A DNA stretch of 64,000 nt from positions 269,298 to 333,297 of the forward strand of contig NW_005434636.1 in NCBI RefSeq assembly GCF_000315625.1, written 5' to 3'. Both the position numbers and the translations under genes were made by a program. Under the pieces are notes generated by a model that was not told the origin of the DNA, did not search any database, and saw only the letters and a program-made list of their open reading frames with translations. The DNA comes from Guillardia theta CCMP2712. Lineage: Eukaryota; Protista; Cryptophyta. Within the stretch, counting starts at the first letter, position 1; the number at the start of each line of letters is the position of its first letter. Of the stretch, positions 26,400-38,490 are shown piece by piece.

Positions 26400-29300
26400 G
26401 GGACAACGAACGCAAGTTTCATGTATGATTTCATACCTGATATGTTTCAATGATTGTTGTCCAAAGTTCCTTGTTGCACTTTCATGAAGTGGATTGAAAT
26501 GAGAAGTGCAAAACCTTCAGATCGGCTTCTAAAGAGCTCAACGTCGCATTCCTCCTCAGAATTTTTGTTACTGTGTCGTGACACCTGACAATAGATGTAA
26601 TCTCCTGAGAACTGCCATGCAAACAAGGCCGGACTACCTTTGCACGAGCTCATCCCCTTTAGCCATGAGTGCCTTGTGTTGAGATGACTCTGTCTCGTTG
26701 GAAAATCTTCTCTCGAGCACGTTGTACAGTGAAGACAGCTGCAACAAGCATCACACCGAGCCATTTAAACGATCTAGAACCACCTCTTTCGAAGCTTCTG
26801 TTGCATTCAGACCACTTTGAGATACCTGTCGCAACAACCACCTAGACGCCAAGGTTGATCAGCAATGTACCACCTTTGCGCACAAACTGACTCCAGCAAG
26901 CTTTCTCTCAGTTCTCGTTCACTCCACTTGAACCAGTTCTTGTCCACGCTTAGCTCCCCAAGTGCCTCCTGAACAATGCAAGGCATGACAAGTCATGTTG
27001 ACGTCAAATTGAGACGACGCATGGTGATGTTGACCTTGAGAGCTCCTGAATGCTCAAGAATGTCCTGGGGATTCAAAATCGACACGACCGACGGAATTCT
27101 CCCTCCGATGGCGAATCGAAGGCCCTCCCTTTGCGAAACAACGTCAGTGATGTAAAAGGGGGATGATCAGAAAGGTTGTGGATCAAAGACCTCGGAGGAG
27201 ATCCGATGCGATATTGTGTGTCAAGGAGTTTCTCATTGCGAGAGAAGTACAGGTTTCCTGCACGATCAGCGGCGTCAACGACAGAGAAGACCACAAGACC
27301 GCAAGAACAAGAACAAGAGCGACCTGCGTCAACGTCATACAGGACACCTGATACAGCCGTTACTTGCTCCAACAGAAAACGAATGCAGCAGCACCGACTG
27401 TATCTCCAACCCCATAACTCCACATCCCACTGAAGTCAAAGGAAGCAAAACCGTCGTTGGTGCTGTACAAACTCCTTCAACTGTACAGCAGCATGCCCCT
27501 ATCCATTCCTTCACTGACCTGTGACCTTCACTGGTGTAGCTAAATCCTCCTCCTGCCCCCAGGACAATCGACGTAGCGTGATCAGCCCGTGCCAGACCGA
27601 TGCGTACGTCATTGCAGCTCTCTTCAATCTGATCCCTGGGGTCAGAGTAGACTGGCGTGCATGTGAATACCTTGAACTCGATGTAATGCTTCCCCTTCTC
27701 GCCTGCAGACTGCCAGTCACGACACGAGTGAAGGGTGCATGAGTTTACTTGGGAAGAAGATAGGATCGAGCAACGCTGTGCTTGGAGCCTTGCTACCGAA
27801 CCGGATGGATGTGCTGGAGGAAGGAGTCAGATTGTCACTGTTGCGCTTCTTCTATCACCCATTTTTCGTCACGTTGCTCATTGCATCCCAACTGACGATC
27901 TTTGGGGTCAAAAACGCCGCACAAGTCTCGGTCATGTTGTCGCATATCTGTCAAGTCAGGTCACTGCCGTAGAGATCGGACTCGTTTGCTCTCGCCTCAG
28001 GGGATCTCAAAATGGCGGTCCCGAACCGGCCCAGAATGCTGCACGAGATTTCATTGAGAGAGTAACGGAAGAGCAGCATTGCAACAACCTCGATCGGCCC
28101 TTGTTGAGACTTTCGCTCAGGATTTCAATCATCTGAAACAGCTCGTAGAGCACGGAGGCGCAGACCCAGAGGGATACAGTGAAGGAGACAAAGCAAGCAA
28201 AAGCGATGATGATGACGGCAAGAATGACTCTCCTCTTGCGCCTGATTGTTGATCGTGTAAACAAAATCGAACAGAGAGAGAGAGCGCGCAAACAAACCGA
28301 GAGAGGGGAATTCGAAAAATTGACATCTGCGTCCATTCACGTACGGAGAGCTGCACCAAACAATGAGATTGAATGCTTCGACAAGACAAGGATAGAAAGA
28401 CTGACAGACCTTGAAAGGAACAATCCTGCATATGATGCTGCTGCATATCGGGATGGCGATGTTGAATCCAAGGACGATAAGGGGATGGACGAGGAAGAGG
28501 AGCGAGAAAAAGAGAATCCCTGAACCACAAGTCACCCTAGAGTCAAAGTCAGTGATTGCAACGAGCACCTGGTCCCCATCCGAGCCATTCCACAGGCCTA
28601 CTGATCGCAACCCAAATCGCACACGCTGCAGGAAGTCAACAGCAGGTTCGGATACCGCGAGCAAGAGAACCTAGGACAAGACAGCCGGTGAGAGCATCTC
28701 CAGTGATCTTCTCAAGAGCACTGTTGTTCATCACTGTCTTAATGTTTCCATCTCAGAGTGTCGCATCCAACCTCCTTGAAAAGTCGAAGGACAGCAGTGA
28801 CTCGGGCATCTTCAGCAGCCCTTTGCTGATCCTCCACACGATCAGAAGCAGGAACCTCTCTCTTTCTATCTCCTTTAATAGCTGTCCAGATGTCAACAAC
28901 AGCCATCAATCTCATGCGAAAACCTTGTTCTGCCATCTTCGCAGAGGAATGCTGCACAATACTGTACACCAGCCAAACGTCAGAAGCGGAAGTTGCTTTC
29001 GAGAACAGAATACCTGCCCAGGTGATGGGGGTGAAATAGACAGAAAGCAAGAGGTAATTGAAATAAACCTGTACATAGACAATGTCACGATCACTCATGA
29101 CCAGGACAGAAAGATCTCAAAAGAGAGGCATTACAACGGCCCACAAGATTGCTGCTGCACTCAAGAATACAGTAGTGTAGAAAGCCTGGCATGTTCCATC
29201 AAGATTATCCTCCACTCTGTTGGGAATCATCTGTAGCATGACAGCACCTGCTTGTATGCGAGCTCTTCTATCTGATCTGAGAGAAATGATTCAGTCATCA

Positions 29301-29630
29301 AAGCTACACCCCTGCTTTCCTGACCTCCTTTGTTATTCGCAAACACGCTCATGTCAAGCTCGGATTCTTCCTCGTCGAAGATTCGCTGACGAGCTGTGAA
29401 AGGAGACAAGCTCTGAGTCCTTCGAGCTCGTCAGCCATCTCGCGGCCAGCAAGACGGGGAGAACCTCTCAGGTCGAACGTCCACAGGAGTGTAACTCTGC
29501 TTCATAACGTGCCTTTGTTGCCCTTGCAGCAAGATCAGCGACGATGTCGAGGCCTCTAGGCTTGATGGCGACTGTCTGCTGCACTCCATCATCAACAAAC
29601 TACCCCGTCTCGTACCCTCCTCCTCATCGC
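26400..29630 (-). CDS. Multi-exon membrane protein with a SPRY/B30.2-like domain
   Basis: Hydrophobic segments (FYTTVFLSAAILWAVVMPLFEIFL; VILAVIIIAFACFVSFTVSLWVCASVLY) are followed by spliced KHYIEFK|IEESCNDVRIGLAR...LGAGGGFSYTSEG...YGVGDTVG|VLYDVDAG|NLYFSRNEKLL (~27180-27700), a SPRY-type pattern. Ends are uncertain. Confidence 0.6.
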
Positions 29631-30092
29631 TCTACCTCTCGCCGATGCACGATGCGCCTTTTCCCGCATGTTTGTATCGATTGTTTTTCCCTGTAGGTCT
29701 ACGGCACACCATGGCCTTTCCATACTAGTACGGCTACTAGAACATTTCAAACCTATAACCCCTTACCCCTCGGATACATGCCTCGCCACATCCCCATACT
29801 TGAGAGTCTTTACTCAAAGTTGAGAGAGTAGTGACCAGTCCAGTCAGGTCAGTCAGGTGACCAGTAGTGTGACCATATGACTGACGGGCCCGGGGTTCCC
29901 GGCGGCGGGCCGGACCGGCGGGATGATCGGACTCGAACTAGACTCTGAGCTGAGGACTCAGGCTCATAGACTGAGCGTCAAGAAGTACAAATCAGTACGG
30001 GCCTCGTACTGAAGTACCTACGGTACTGTGTACTAGTCACCGACTTCAAGTATCTTTGCTATGGGTAGATCACGGCGAGCCTCTATCAGTGA

Positions 30093-31505
30093 CTATCGAT
30101 AATTCATCCCTGACTTTGGAGCGAATGGTTCAAGAAAGCGTCGAAGACAAACCCATTGATGGCTCGGGGCACCTGCATTGGTGGTCATGCCATGCAAACA
30201 GCAGCGAGGGAGGACGACGTAGGACATGAACCCGGAGGCTTCGGGGAACTTGGCAAGGACCTTAGTGAACTCCGTGACCCGAGCGCATGCTCTCACTCTC
30301 TCCTGCATGCTTCGCCGGTGCCTGCAGAGCGAGTGAACTAAACGCTCAGAGTGAGGAGAAGTTTCACACGTTTCAAACGCAGCGGTATGATCGCCCTTGC
30401 TCTGGGCGAGGGCGTCGGCAAGCTTGACGGCGCTCTCGATGCTGAGCGCAGCACCCTGACGTGATGAGTCACAATTCCTTGTTCAAGCATCCTCACCACA
30501 ACCTGAGCCAGGTTCGGGGAGAGAGGATGGCACGCGTCTCCCAGGAGCACAGCTCTGCCAGAGGACCAGGAGGACAGCGGTCGGGTAAGCTCGTGAACAG
30601 GCTCCCAAAGGATGGCGCCGGACTTACATCCACCTGGTAGGAGACATCAGTCAGCAGATCCTGACAGGGCAGGGGCAAGGAAGCAGATCACCTTGCTTGA
30701 TGCTTGATCTCAAGATCGATGGCACGGGCTCGTGCCAGGAGGACAGCTGCTCTAGAACCTCCACTGGCACGTCCGCCGGCCCCTCCCTGTCTCCGTGGAC
30801 TGTGATGAACCAGAACAATCTGTCCCCCTTCAAGGGAACCATGGCGATGCGCAAAGGACTCCCCTGCAACAGGAGGATCAGACTCTCCTTCCTTCTCCCT
30901 GGGCTCCTCACCGTTGCCTTGAGACGCCCCAGCGTTTCAAAGGCAAGACTGCCCAGAGGCCGATCAACGATATTGCTGTAGCAAGTTTTGCCGGTGAAGG
31001 CCATCTTCGAATCTGGGAACACCAACCTCCTCACAGTCGAGAAGCAACCATCTGCACCAATCAGGATGTTCCCTTCCTCCTCCGTCCCATCTCGGAAACG
31101 CACTTTGACCTTGTTCGAGGCTTGCTCCATGTGTTCCAAATCTTTGTTCCACCCAATGTCAAGCCTTGCTGCTCCTTCCCCAGCAAGGGCCTTCAGCAAG
31201 TGCGACTGCTGGATGCACGCCACCCTTCTTCCATTCTTTTCCGATGATCTGCATGACGACAACCATGTTCCCCGCACATCACGGTAGGAAGCTGGCTTGG
31301 TAAAGAATGCTTGCTGTCTCAAGAACTCCCCCAGCCCAACCTCTACCAGACACTTCTGACTCACGTCCCACAGTCCAAGCCCTCGATCCTGTCGAGCTTC
31401 GGGCCCAGCGGCTCGCTCGAACACCTTGACATCGATTCCCCTCAGAGCAAGAGCTCGAGAAATCGTGAGGCCAGCAACACCCCCTCCAACAACAAGCGCT
31501 CTCAT
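30093..31505 (-). CDS. FAD-dependent monooxygenase (group A; salicylate hydroxylase/zeaxanthin epoxidase-like)
   Basis: GxGxxG motif (ALVVGGGVAGL), DG motif (LIGADGCFSTVR) and GD motif (LLGDACHPLSPNLAQ|G). Confidence 0.9.
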
Positions 31506-31744
31506 GCCTGAGATCTCAGCCCTTGAGGTTCAGTTTCCCGTCCTCTTCACAAGCAGAGTGACACTGCCCTCCTCCTCCCCTGCCATGCGGGTTCTGGAAA
31601 ATTTCGGGCGATGACCCACGACCGGGGTGGGATCAGAGTGGGGATGGGGGTACCAGAATTAGATACAAGGGGGAGGCCGTGAAAGGAGCCGGACAAGGAG
31701 AAGGAGCAGAACAGACGAGGAGACAAGAGGTGAAGGATACAACC

Positions 31745-33775
31745 ATGGCTTCCTCCATAGCGATGTTTCTCCTCCTCTTGTCACTCTATCACGTTCCTTC
31801 GTGCTGTTTCAGCCCGTCGCCCCTCCCCATCGTCGGGCAACGGCGGATCCTTAGCTCTGTCGCTCCTTCTCCCAGAGCCGGATCTCTCTTTCTTCATGGC
31901 CTGCGCATGTCTGAGGCCCCGCATCGACCGAGACGGTTCATAGGCTCTAGGAGACTGCATCAAATCAAGAACGATATCGCGCACAACCCGTCCAAGTGGA
32001 AGGACCACAAGAAGCTGTTGGGCTCTCGAAGGCTGGGGTACGCCTACCACACCTGGAGGGGAGCCGTCAACCTTTCCATGCCCATAGAGATCATTGCAGC
32101 ACCAACACAACAGCACCAATACAACCACCATGACGTGAAGATCAAGAAGAAAGAATCCGCAACCTCCTCGTTCGATGAGCCTCAAGGAGCGACAGACTCG
32201 GTAGAGAAGAGCATCGAGATCGAGGCCGGGATAGAGCAGTGCTACCGCGTGGCTTGCGGCTTCGAGGACTACCCCAAGTGGGCGGGGTCGGTACAGCACG
32301 TGAAGGTGCTGGAGGAGGAGGCTCCGGGGCTTGGCAGGCGGGTGGAGTACGCGATAGGAGCCTTCGGTCAGCGGCTCGAGTACACGCTGGAGTACGCACA
32401 TGAAGCACCGGAGCGGGTGCAGTGGCGGGCAGTAGACGGGAGCGTGAAGCTGCTGGTAGGCAGCTACCGCTTCGAGGCGCTGGGGGAGGGCAGGACGCGA
32501 GTCACGTACAAGCTCGCCATCGACCCAGGCTTCCCGGTACCGGGGCTCCTGAAGCAGGCGAGCACGAAGCTGATCGTGAGCACGGCACTCAACGAGCTCA
32601 AGCGCTACACTGAGCTGCCAAGCACGCGAGCAGCACTAGAGGCAGCACAGCCCGCATGGAGGGAAGCGGCCAAGACGGAGGAGGAGCCGGTCAAGACCGA
32701 GGCCAAGTCAGCAGAGGCGAAGCTGCACAGGCAGGACACCGCGACGCTTGAGGCAGCAGCTACAGACTCGGTAGAGAAGAGCATCGAGATCGAGGCCGGG
32801 ATAGAGCAGTGCTACCGGGTGGCTTGCGGCTTCGAGGACTACCCCAAGTGGGCGGGGTCGGTACAGCACGTGAAGGTGCTGGAGGAGGAGGCTCCGGGGC
32901 TTGGCAGGCGGGTGGAGTACGCGATAGGAGCCTTCGGTCAGCGGCTCGAGTACACGCTGGAGTACGCACACGAAGCACCGGAGCGGGTGCGGTGGCGGGC
33001 AGTAGACGGGAGCGTGAAGCTGCTGGTAGGCAGCTACCGCTTCGAGGCGCTGGGGGAGGGCAGGACGCGAGTCACGTACAAGCTCGCCATCGACCCAGGC
33101 TTCCCGGTACCGGGGCTCCTGAAGCAGGCGAGCACGAAGCTGATCGTGAGCACGGCACTCAACGAGCTCAAGCGCTACACTGAGCTGCCAAGCACGCGAG
33201 CAGCACTAGAGGCAGCACAGCCCGCATGGAGGGAAGCGGCCAAGACGGAGGAGGAGCCGGTCAAGACCGAGGCCAAGTCAGCAGAGGCGAAGCTGCACAG
33301 GCAGGACACCACGACGCTTGAGGCAGCAGCTACAGACTCGGTAGAGAAGAGCATCGAGATCGAGGCCGGGATAGAGCAGTGCTACCGGGTGGCTTGCGGC
33401 TTCGAGGACTACCCCAAGTGGGCGGGGTCGGTACAGCACGTGAAGGTGCTGGAGGAGGAGGCTCCGGGGCTTGGCAGGCGGGTGGAGTACGCGATAGGAG
33501 CCTTCGGTCAGCGGCTCGAGTACACGCTGGAGTACGCACACGAGGCACCGGAGCGGGTGCGGTGGCGGGCAGTAGACGGGAGCGTGAAGCTGCTGGTAGG
33601 CAGCTACCGCTTCGAGGCGCTGGGGGAGGGCAGGACGCGAGTCACGTACAAGCTCGCCATCGACCCAGGCTTCCCGGTACCGGGGCTCCTGAAGCAGGCG
33701 AGCACGAAGCTGATCGTGAGCACGGCACTCAACGAGCTGAAGAAGTATGTGGAGAGAAGTCAAGTTTCCACTTAG
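31745..33775 (+). CDS. Intronless protein with signal/transit peptide and three tandem START/SRPBCC (polyketide cyclase/Coq10-like) domains
   Basis: MASSIAMFLLLLSLYHVPSCCF + Ser/Arg/Pro-rich transit-like segment. Three copies of SVEKSIEIEA...CYRVACGFEDYPKW...GSYRFEALGEGRTRVTYKLAIDP...ALNELK. Confidence 0.85.
   Translation: MASSIAMFLLLLSLYHVPSCCFSPSPLPIVGQRRILSSVAPSPRAGSLFLHGLRMSEAPHRPRRFIGSRRLHQIKNDIAHNPSKWKDHKKLLGSRRLGYAYHTWRGAVNLSMPIEIIAAPTQQHQYNHHDVKIKKKESATSSFDEPQGATDSVEKSIEIEAGIEQCYRVACGFEDYPKWAGSVQHVKVLEEEAPGLGRRVEYAIGAFGQRLEYTLEYAHEAPERVQWRAVDGSVKLLVGSYRFEALGEGRTRVTYKLAIDPGFPVPGLLKQASTKLIVSTALNELKRYTELPSTRAALEAAQPAWREAAKTEEEPVKTEAKSAEAKLHRQDTATLEAAATDSVEKSIEIEAGIEQCYRVACGFEDYPKWAGSVQHVKVLEEEAPGLGRRVEYAIGAFGQRLEYTLEYAHEAPERVRWRAVDGSVKLLVGSYRFEALGEGRTRVTYKLAIDPGFPVPGLLKQASTKLIVSTALNELKRYTELPSTRAALEAAQPAWREAAKTEEEPVKTEAKSAEAKLHRQDTTTLEAAATDSVEKSIEIEAGIEQCYRVACGFEDYPKWAGSVQHVKVLEEEAPGLGRRVEYAIGAFGQRLEYTLEYAHEAPERVRWRAVDGSVKLLVGSYRFEALGEGRTRVTYKLAIDPGFPVPGLLKQASTKLIVSTALNELKKYVERSQVST
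32192..33738 (+). repeat. 570-bp coding tandem repeat (2.7 units)
   Basis: Units start at 32192, 32762 and 33332 and differ by only a handful of substitutions. Confidence 0.97.
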
Positions 33776-34031
33776 ATTCATATAGCATTTTCCCTTGTTT
33801 CAATCTGCACTGATATCTTGTTACTCCAAACCGATTTCTCCTGCGCGTGCCGTACTTTCCAAACATTCAAGCGGAAGCTTATACTTTAAGAGAACATTGT
33901 TGTTTTTTTGTTGAGCTTCGAAAGTGAAAGCTAATGCTGAACGTGCTGATGGTTTCATCAACACGCATACAAATGGATATCTTCATTCAAGGCATGACAT
34001 GGGCGTTTGCTACAGAAACCAATCGTCATCG

Positions 34032-35435
34032 CTATCTCACTTCCACTTGTCTAATTTCCTGATGGACGCTGATAACGCTCGAGAGCATGCGCTGTAATGG
34101 CGCAGCCTGCCGATTGCCGTCTGCTGCCGGGTCAAGCTTGCGAAAAAGTTGCGCCATCTCCTGCCCGATGTACTCGGCAAAGACCTGAGATGATGACGAA
34201 TGAGCAAGAGCGCGTGCTCACAAGGTAGACGGACTCAAACAAGAGAGGATGGGGATGTACCTTGTAACCTTCCTCGTTGGGATGAACACCGTCTCCTGCA
34301 ACGATCTCTCCGCATCTTTCCTTTGCTTTCCTCCAAATCTCGATTGCAGGTTTCGGGATAAAATGGATCCAAGGCTGCTGTGTCGCCATGCATCTCTTTT
34401 CTTCGTCAAAAATCTGCGAAAGGCGAACTGCAGCCTGTCGAGGCGTTCAGTTCTCTTCAACAAACATGAATTTAGCCAGATTTACCGTCTTCAACGGCTC
34501 TGGTAATCTAGTTTCTTCCAGCGGGATAGCCGGCAAAAAAATGATACACTCTTCCCCCACCTTACAAGGGTTCAATGAAAGCATACACTGTAGCGCAACC
34601 ATACCTGTGCCTTGAGATCAGCAATGAAATTGTGAAGATCCTGCTTGAAAACTTTCGAGGTCCTTCCCTGAAGATCGAGTACAGAAGTAAGTGCAAGAAC
34701 AGCTCATAACAACTCCGACTTGTGAAGAAACTCACCATGAAGATTCGTTTCAGATCGTTCAACCCGCACAGAACAACGACGGCATCAACCTTCACTTGTG
34801 GTTGCTTCGACAACTGGGCATCTGCCATTGACCTAGTCGTTGCAACAGGAGAGCCATCCTGCTGAACGACCATGCTTGCATGCAAACCAGAAGTCTGTGC
34901 AGTGCTGTGCAGTGCGTCTTCTTGCTCGCTCTGGAACTTCTTGACTGTCTCGAGAACATTCTTGTGAATCGTTCTTACATCCCCACCATTCACTCCCAGA
35001 GCCTTCCACGAAACATCCACCTAGGTTCAGAGCTGTCAGGGCAGGAGTCACCATGGACATGCTCATGCATACCTTGAGGAGGTTGGCCAGCCTCTTACAG
35101 ATGATCTGGGGCATCACCGGAGCTTCCTTGCAGCCAATACCAACAACCAGGGAATCGCCTATGATGAGAACATTCCTCCGCCTGGTCGAGACTTCTCTCG
35201 TGCTTCTTAGCCTTTCGACCAGCGACTGTTCCTCAGAAAATGACGAGTGCTGGTCTGCATTGCTCTCCTGCCAGAGCTCCACCCCATGGGTTGCCCCACC
35301 CGAAGGCCGCGGTAAAGGTACGTAGGTAGATTGTAGATACGCTGTCTGTGCGCATACCAGGCCACCTGCACCTGCTACAACACTTGCCAGCCGCTTCGGG
35401 GTTACAAACTTCAGAGTCCTCCAAGACAGAGACAT
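34032..35435 (-). CDS. SGNH/GDSL hydrolase family protein
   Basis: Block I LIIGDSLVVG, block II ALGVNGG, block III VVLCGLNDLK, block V AGDGVHPNEEGY. Confidence 0.88.
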
Positions 35436-36477
35436 TTCCTGATATATCTCCCGTCCGCAATCTACTGTGACCTGGGATGGAATGAAATTCAGGACAGAAG
35501 CAAGAAGGTAGTGAAATATTTCTCAATTTGTCAGAAATCAAAGTTCGAACAAGTGTGAGGAAGTTGACGGGAAAGTCGGCATAAAAGCAGTTGGGTCGGG
35601 AGTAAGAGACAAGGATGACAGAGAAAGGAAATGCAATTGCTCAGAAAAATGCTAGTAAACAGTCACCCGGAATGCTTTCCATGTGTGTAGAATCAACAAC
35701 TTCATCTCTACGATGTCGTGCTCCTTTCTTCTCCTACTTTACACTCTATCTCTGCTTCTTTCTTTTACCCTGCCAACATCCTGGCGGCAGCAGCGCAAAA
35801 ATAAAAAGCGCATTGTCCTCGGACATGTGCGGGGACGCGGGCAAGGCAGGGGGCGGTGGGAGCAGGGGGGGGTATTGAAAATCGAGTAGGTAGGGGTCAC
35901 AGTTCAGGGGGAAAATGATTGAAATTCACGGTAAATGTAGGGGTGGGGGTATTCAGGCTGCTGAGATAGGGGTGGGGTGATGGCATCCACGAAGTGCCGG
36001 TAGACAACAAACCAGCTTGAAACAAAGTTGAAATCGATTTTAACGAGTGGTCCAAACTCTTTCATCGAACTTTGAAATTAAATAACAGAAATATCAGTAT
36101 CACATTTGAGAATATTCAGATGCGTCAAAAGAAGCAACTTGATTGAAAGTGGGGTTGCAGGTACCACCCCACCCAGAGATACCCCCTCTTCAAAGTCCAA
36201 GTACCCCTCAATGGCCTTATAAGTGACCCCCCACGCCCCCCATTCTCGTCCCACAACCCCCACCCCCCAACCTCATGAACTTTGCGAAAATTCATCCAAG
36301 AATCGAACTTCGATTTGTTATCTAGGTGGCCCGGTCTTGCTCGAATTCGGAGCTCCGTGTGAAATGCAATGGCAGTGGTACAGAAAGAACGGGAGAGAAT
36401 AGTGATAGAGAAGGAAAGAAAGTGAAGAGGAATAGGATATGACACTGATAAAGACGGAGAAAAAAATCAATAGTAGA

Positions 36478-37949
36478 TGCTCATGCTCCTAGGCTGGCTG
36501 GAAAGCAGGTATATATCAAGGCAGGAGTTGCAGAGATGCGGCTACAGGGTTTCGAAACGAAGAGAGGAGGCACGGGAAAGGAAAAAGTCAACATTTTCCC
36601 CTGAGTTTCGCTGAAATTCTGATAGGATACTTTCTGTGATGTGAGGACAAAGTTTGCAATCAGCATGAGCTCTCGATTCTGCGGCACCTGCATTCTCTTG
36701 CTCACTGCAGGAAGGATCGGTCAGACCTTTGGAGATGCCCAAAGGTCGTCGTTGCAGTCTGGTCTGAGAATCATGAAGGTAGAGAATCTCAGTGCACTAG
36801 GCATTCTATGAATGGCAACTCACACATGATGTTCTCCAGCAGGGCTTCAGAAGGCACTATCACAGTGATCGAATCAATGGATCAAAAGCTTGTGATCCCG
36901 GCGATAGAACACAGGATAGAAAGGTTGAAGCAGGAAGGAGAGTACAGCTACACCGCTCTCTGTCTAAACTTGGGCTCTGCTCACGTGGTGTTGCATGGAA
37001 ATTAATTAAGGTATGACACGACTGCAGCCAACCCTTGCAGGATTGACCATGATCAGGAGAGGAGGGTGCTCGTGAACGGGAAGATCATGAGTGATCCTCT
37101 CACCTGGATTGACATGCAATCCGATCAAGTCACAGTGGACAACGTCGTGTCTGAGAGAAGAAAGGAGACGCGTGTGTGGATGATGAACAAGCCGAGGGGC
37201 CTGGTAAGGTTTGTGGTTGAGAGAGGTATCGGACCGATGATTTGTCTTCAAGATTGTAGCGCGTGTGGATGAGAGGGGAAGGCCAACGGTCTACTCTTTG
37301 TTTCAGAACCAAAATTTCGTTGAACATGCTTCGACCACCATGACTGGAGATGACAAAGATGGCACATCTAATGAACCATGGCGATTTCCTGTATCACTGC
37401 CCTCGCTTGTGATTCACTGTAATGCTGTCAATAGGTGGGCAGGTTGGACGCTGACTCCGAAGGGCTGCTCTTGTTCACGAATGATGGGCAACTGAGTCAA
37501 AAGCTTCTAGATCCTACGAGCGGAGTTGAGAAAACCTACATCGTGCAATTGAAAGGTGTCCCCTCGGATGATTGCCTTGTAAAGCTCTCAGAAGGAATCG
37601 ATCTTGATGGAAAGAAAACTCTTCCTGCCCGTTTTCAGCTCGTTGAAATATTTGACGGTGGAAAAGATGGGAAAACGAAACGAAGTCGGATTCAAGTACA
37701 AATCCATGAGGGAAGATTCCGTCAGATCAGGCGAATGTTCCAAATTGTGGTATGTATCCGTCTACCAAGCAGAAAAGATTTTGAGTTTCTGTAATGCAGG
37801 GATTCAGAGTTAAGAAATTGCAACGTGTTTGTATTGGTTGCTTAACACTGGGGGAGCTTCCGGTGGGCAAGATCCGTGAACTTGCCAAAGACGAGATCGA
37901 AAGATTGATGACTGCTTGTAAAATAAGAGATAGTGGAGGTATGCGGTGA
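36478..37949 (+). CDS. RNA pseudouridine synthase, RsuA/RluB/E/F family with S4-like domain
   Basis: RVLVNGKI, MMNKPRGL, catalytic VGRLDADSEGLLLFTNDG, EKTYIV, IHEGRFRQIRRMF, V.KLQRVCIG. The 5' end is approximate. Confidence 0.9.
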
Positions 37950-38049
37950 AGGAAAGAGATGAAAGTGTGCCCTTGAGATGAAATATAAACATTTTATTTA
38001 CAACACTAATCTTCAGTCGGCGAATTTCAAAAAACCGAGATCTTCCTCT

Positions 38050-38490
38050 TCAGCGAGAAATCACACTGTACAGGAATATCATAAAGAACATCATGGTTAA
38101 AGACTTAATGTAGTTCTCTGCGGTACGGCTGTTCAGACCTGTGACGACACCAACAAGAATACAGAGGCGGCCAAACCACACAGTGGCAGATGCAGATGCT
38201 ATCTGTGCCGCTTGAGCAAGATCAAGAGAGCTAAAATGATTCAATACTTGAGTGGTTTGAGCCAAGTTCGTGCCAACATCCACCAGATCGTTTGCCATGT
38301 CAGCTAACGACCTAACATGAAGATCCTTTCTGCAGCTCGGACATCTCAACGCTCGCTTGTCGGAAGGGATGTAGGATAGAATCGATCTGGATGGCATCAA
38401 TCCGTTGAGCGAGGGGGAGCAAGGTTGTGCACTGAACGCATCAACATTGTAAAGAGAGATCACCACGAGGCACAGGCGGGAAAGCAGCAT
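38050..38490 (-). CDS. Small putative plastid-targeted membrane protein
   Basis: MLLSRLCLVVISLYNVDAF (signal peptide + AF), a Ser/Arg-rich transit-like segment and two C-terminal hydrophobic helices. Intronless ORF. Confidence 0.6.
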   Translation of the reverse strand: MLLSRLCLVVISLYNVDAFSAQPCSPSLNGLMPSRSILSYIPSDKRALRCPSCRKDLHVRSLADMANDLVDVGTNLAQTTQVLNHFSSLDLAQAAQIASASATVWFGRLCILVGVVTGLNSRTAENYIKSLTMMFFMIFLYSVISR

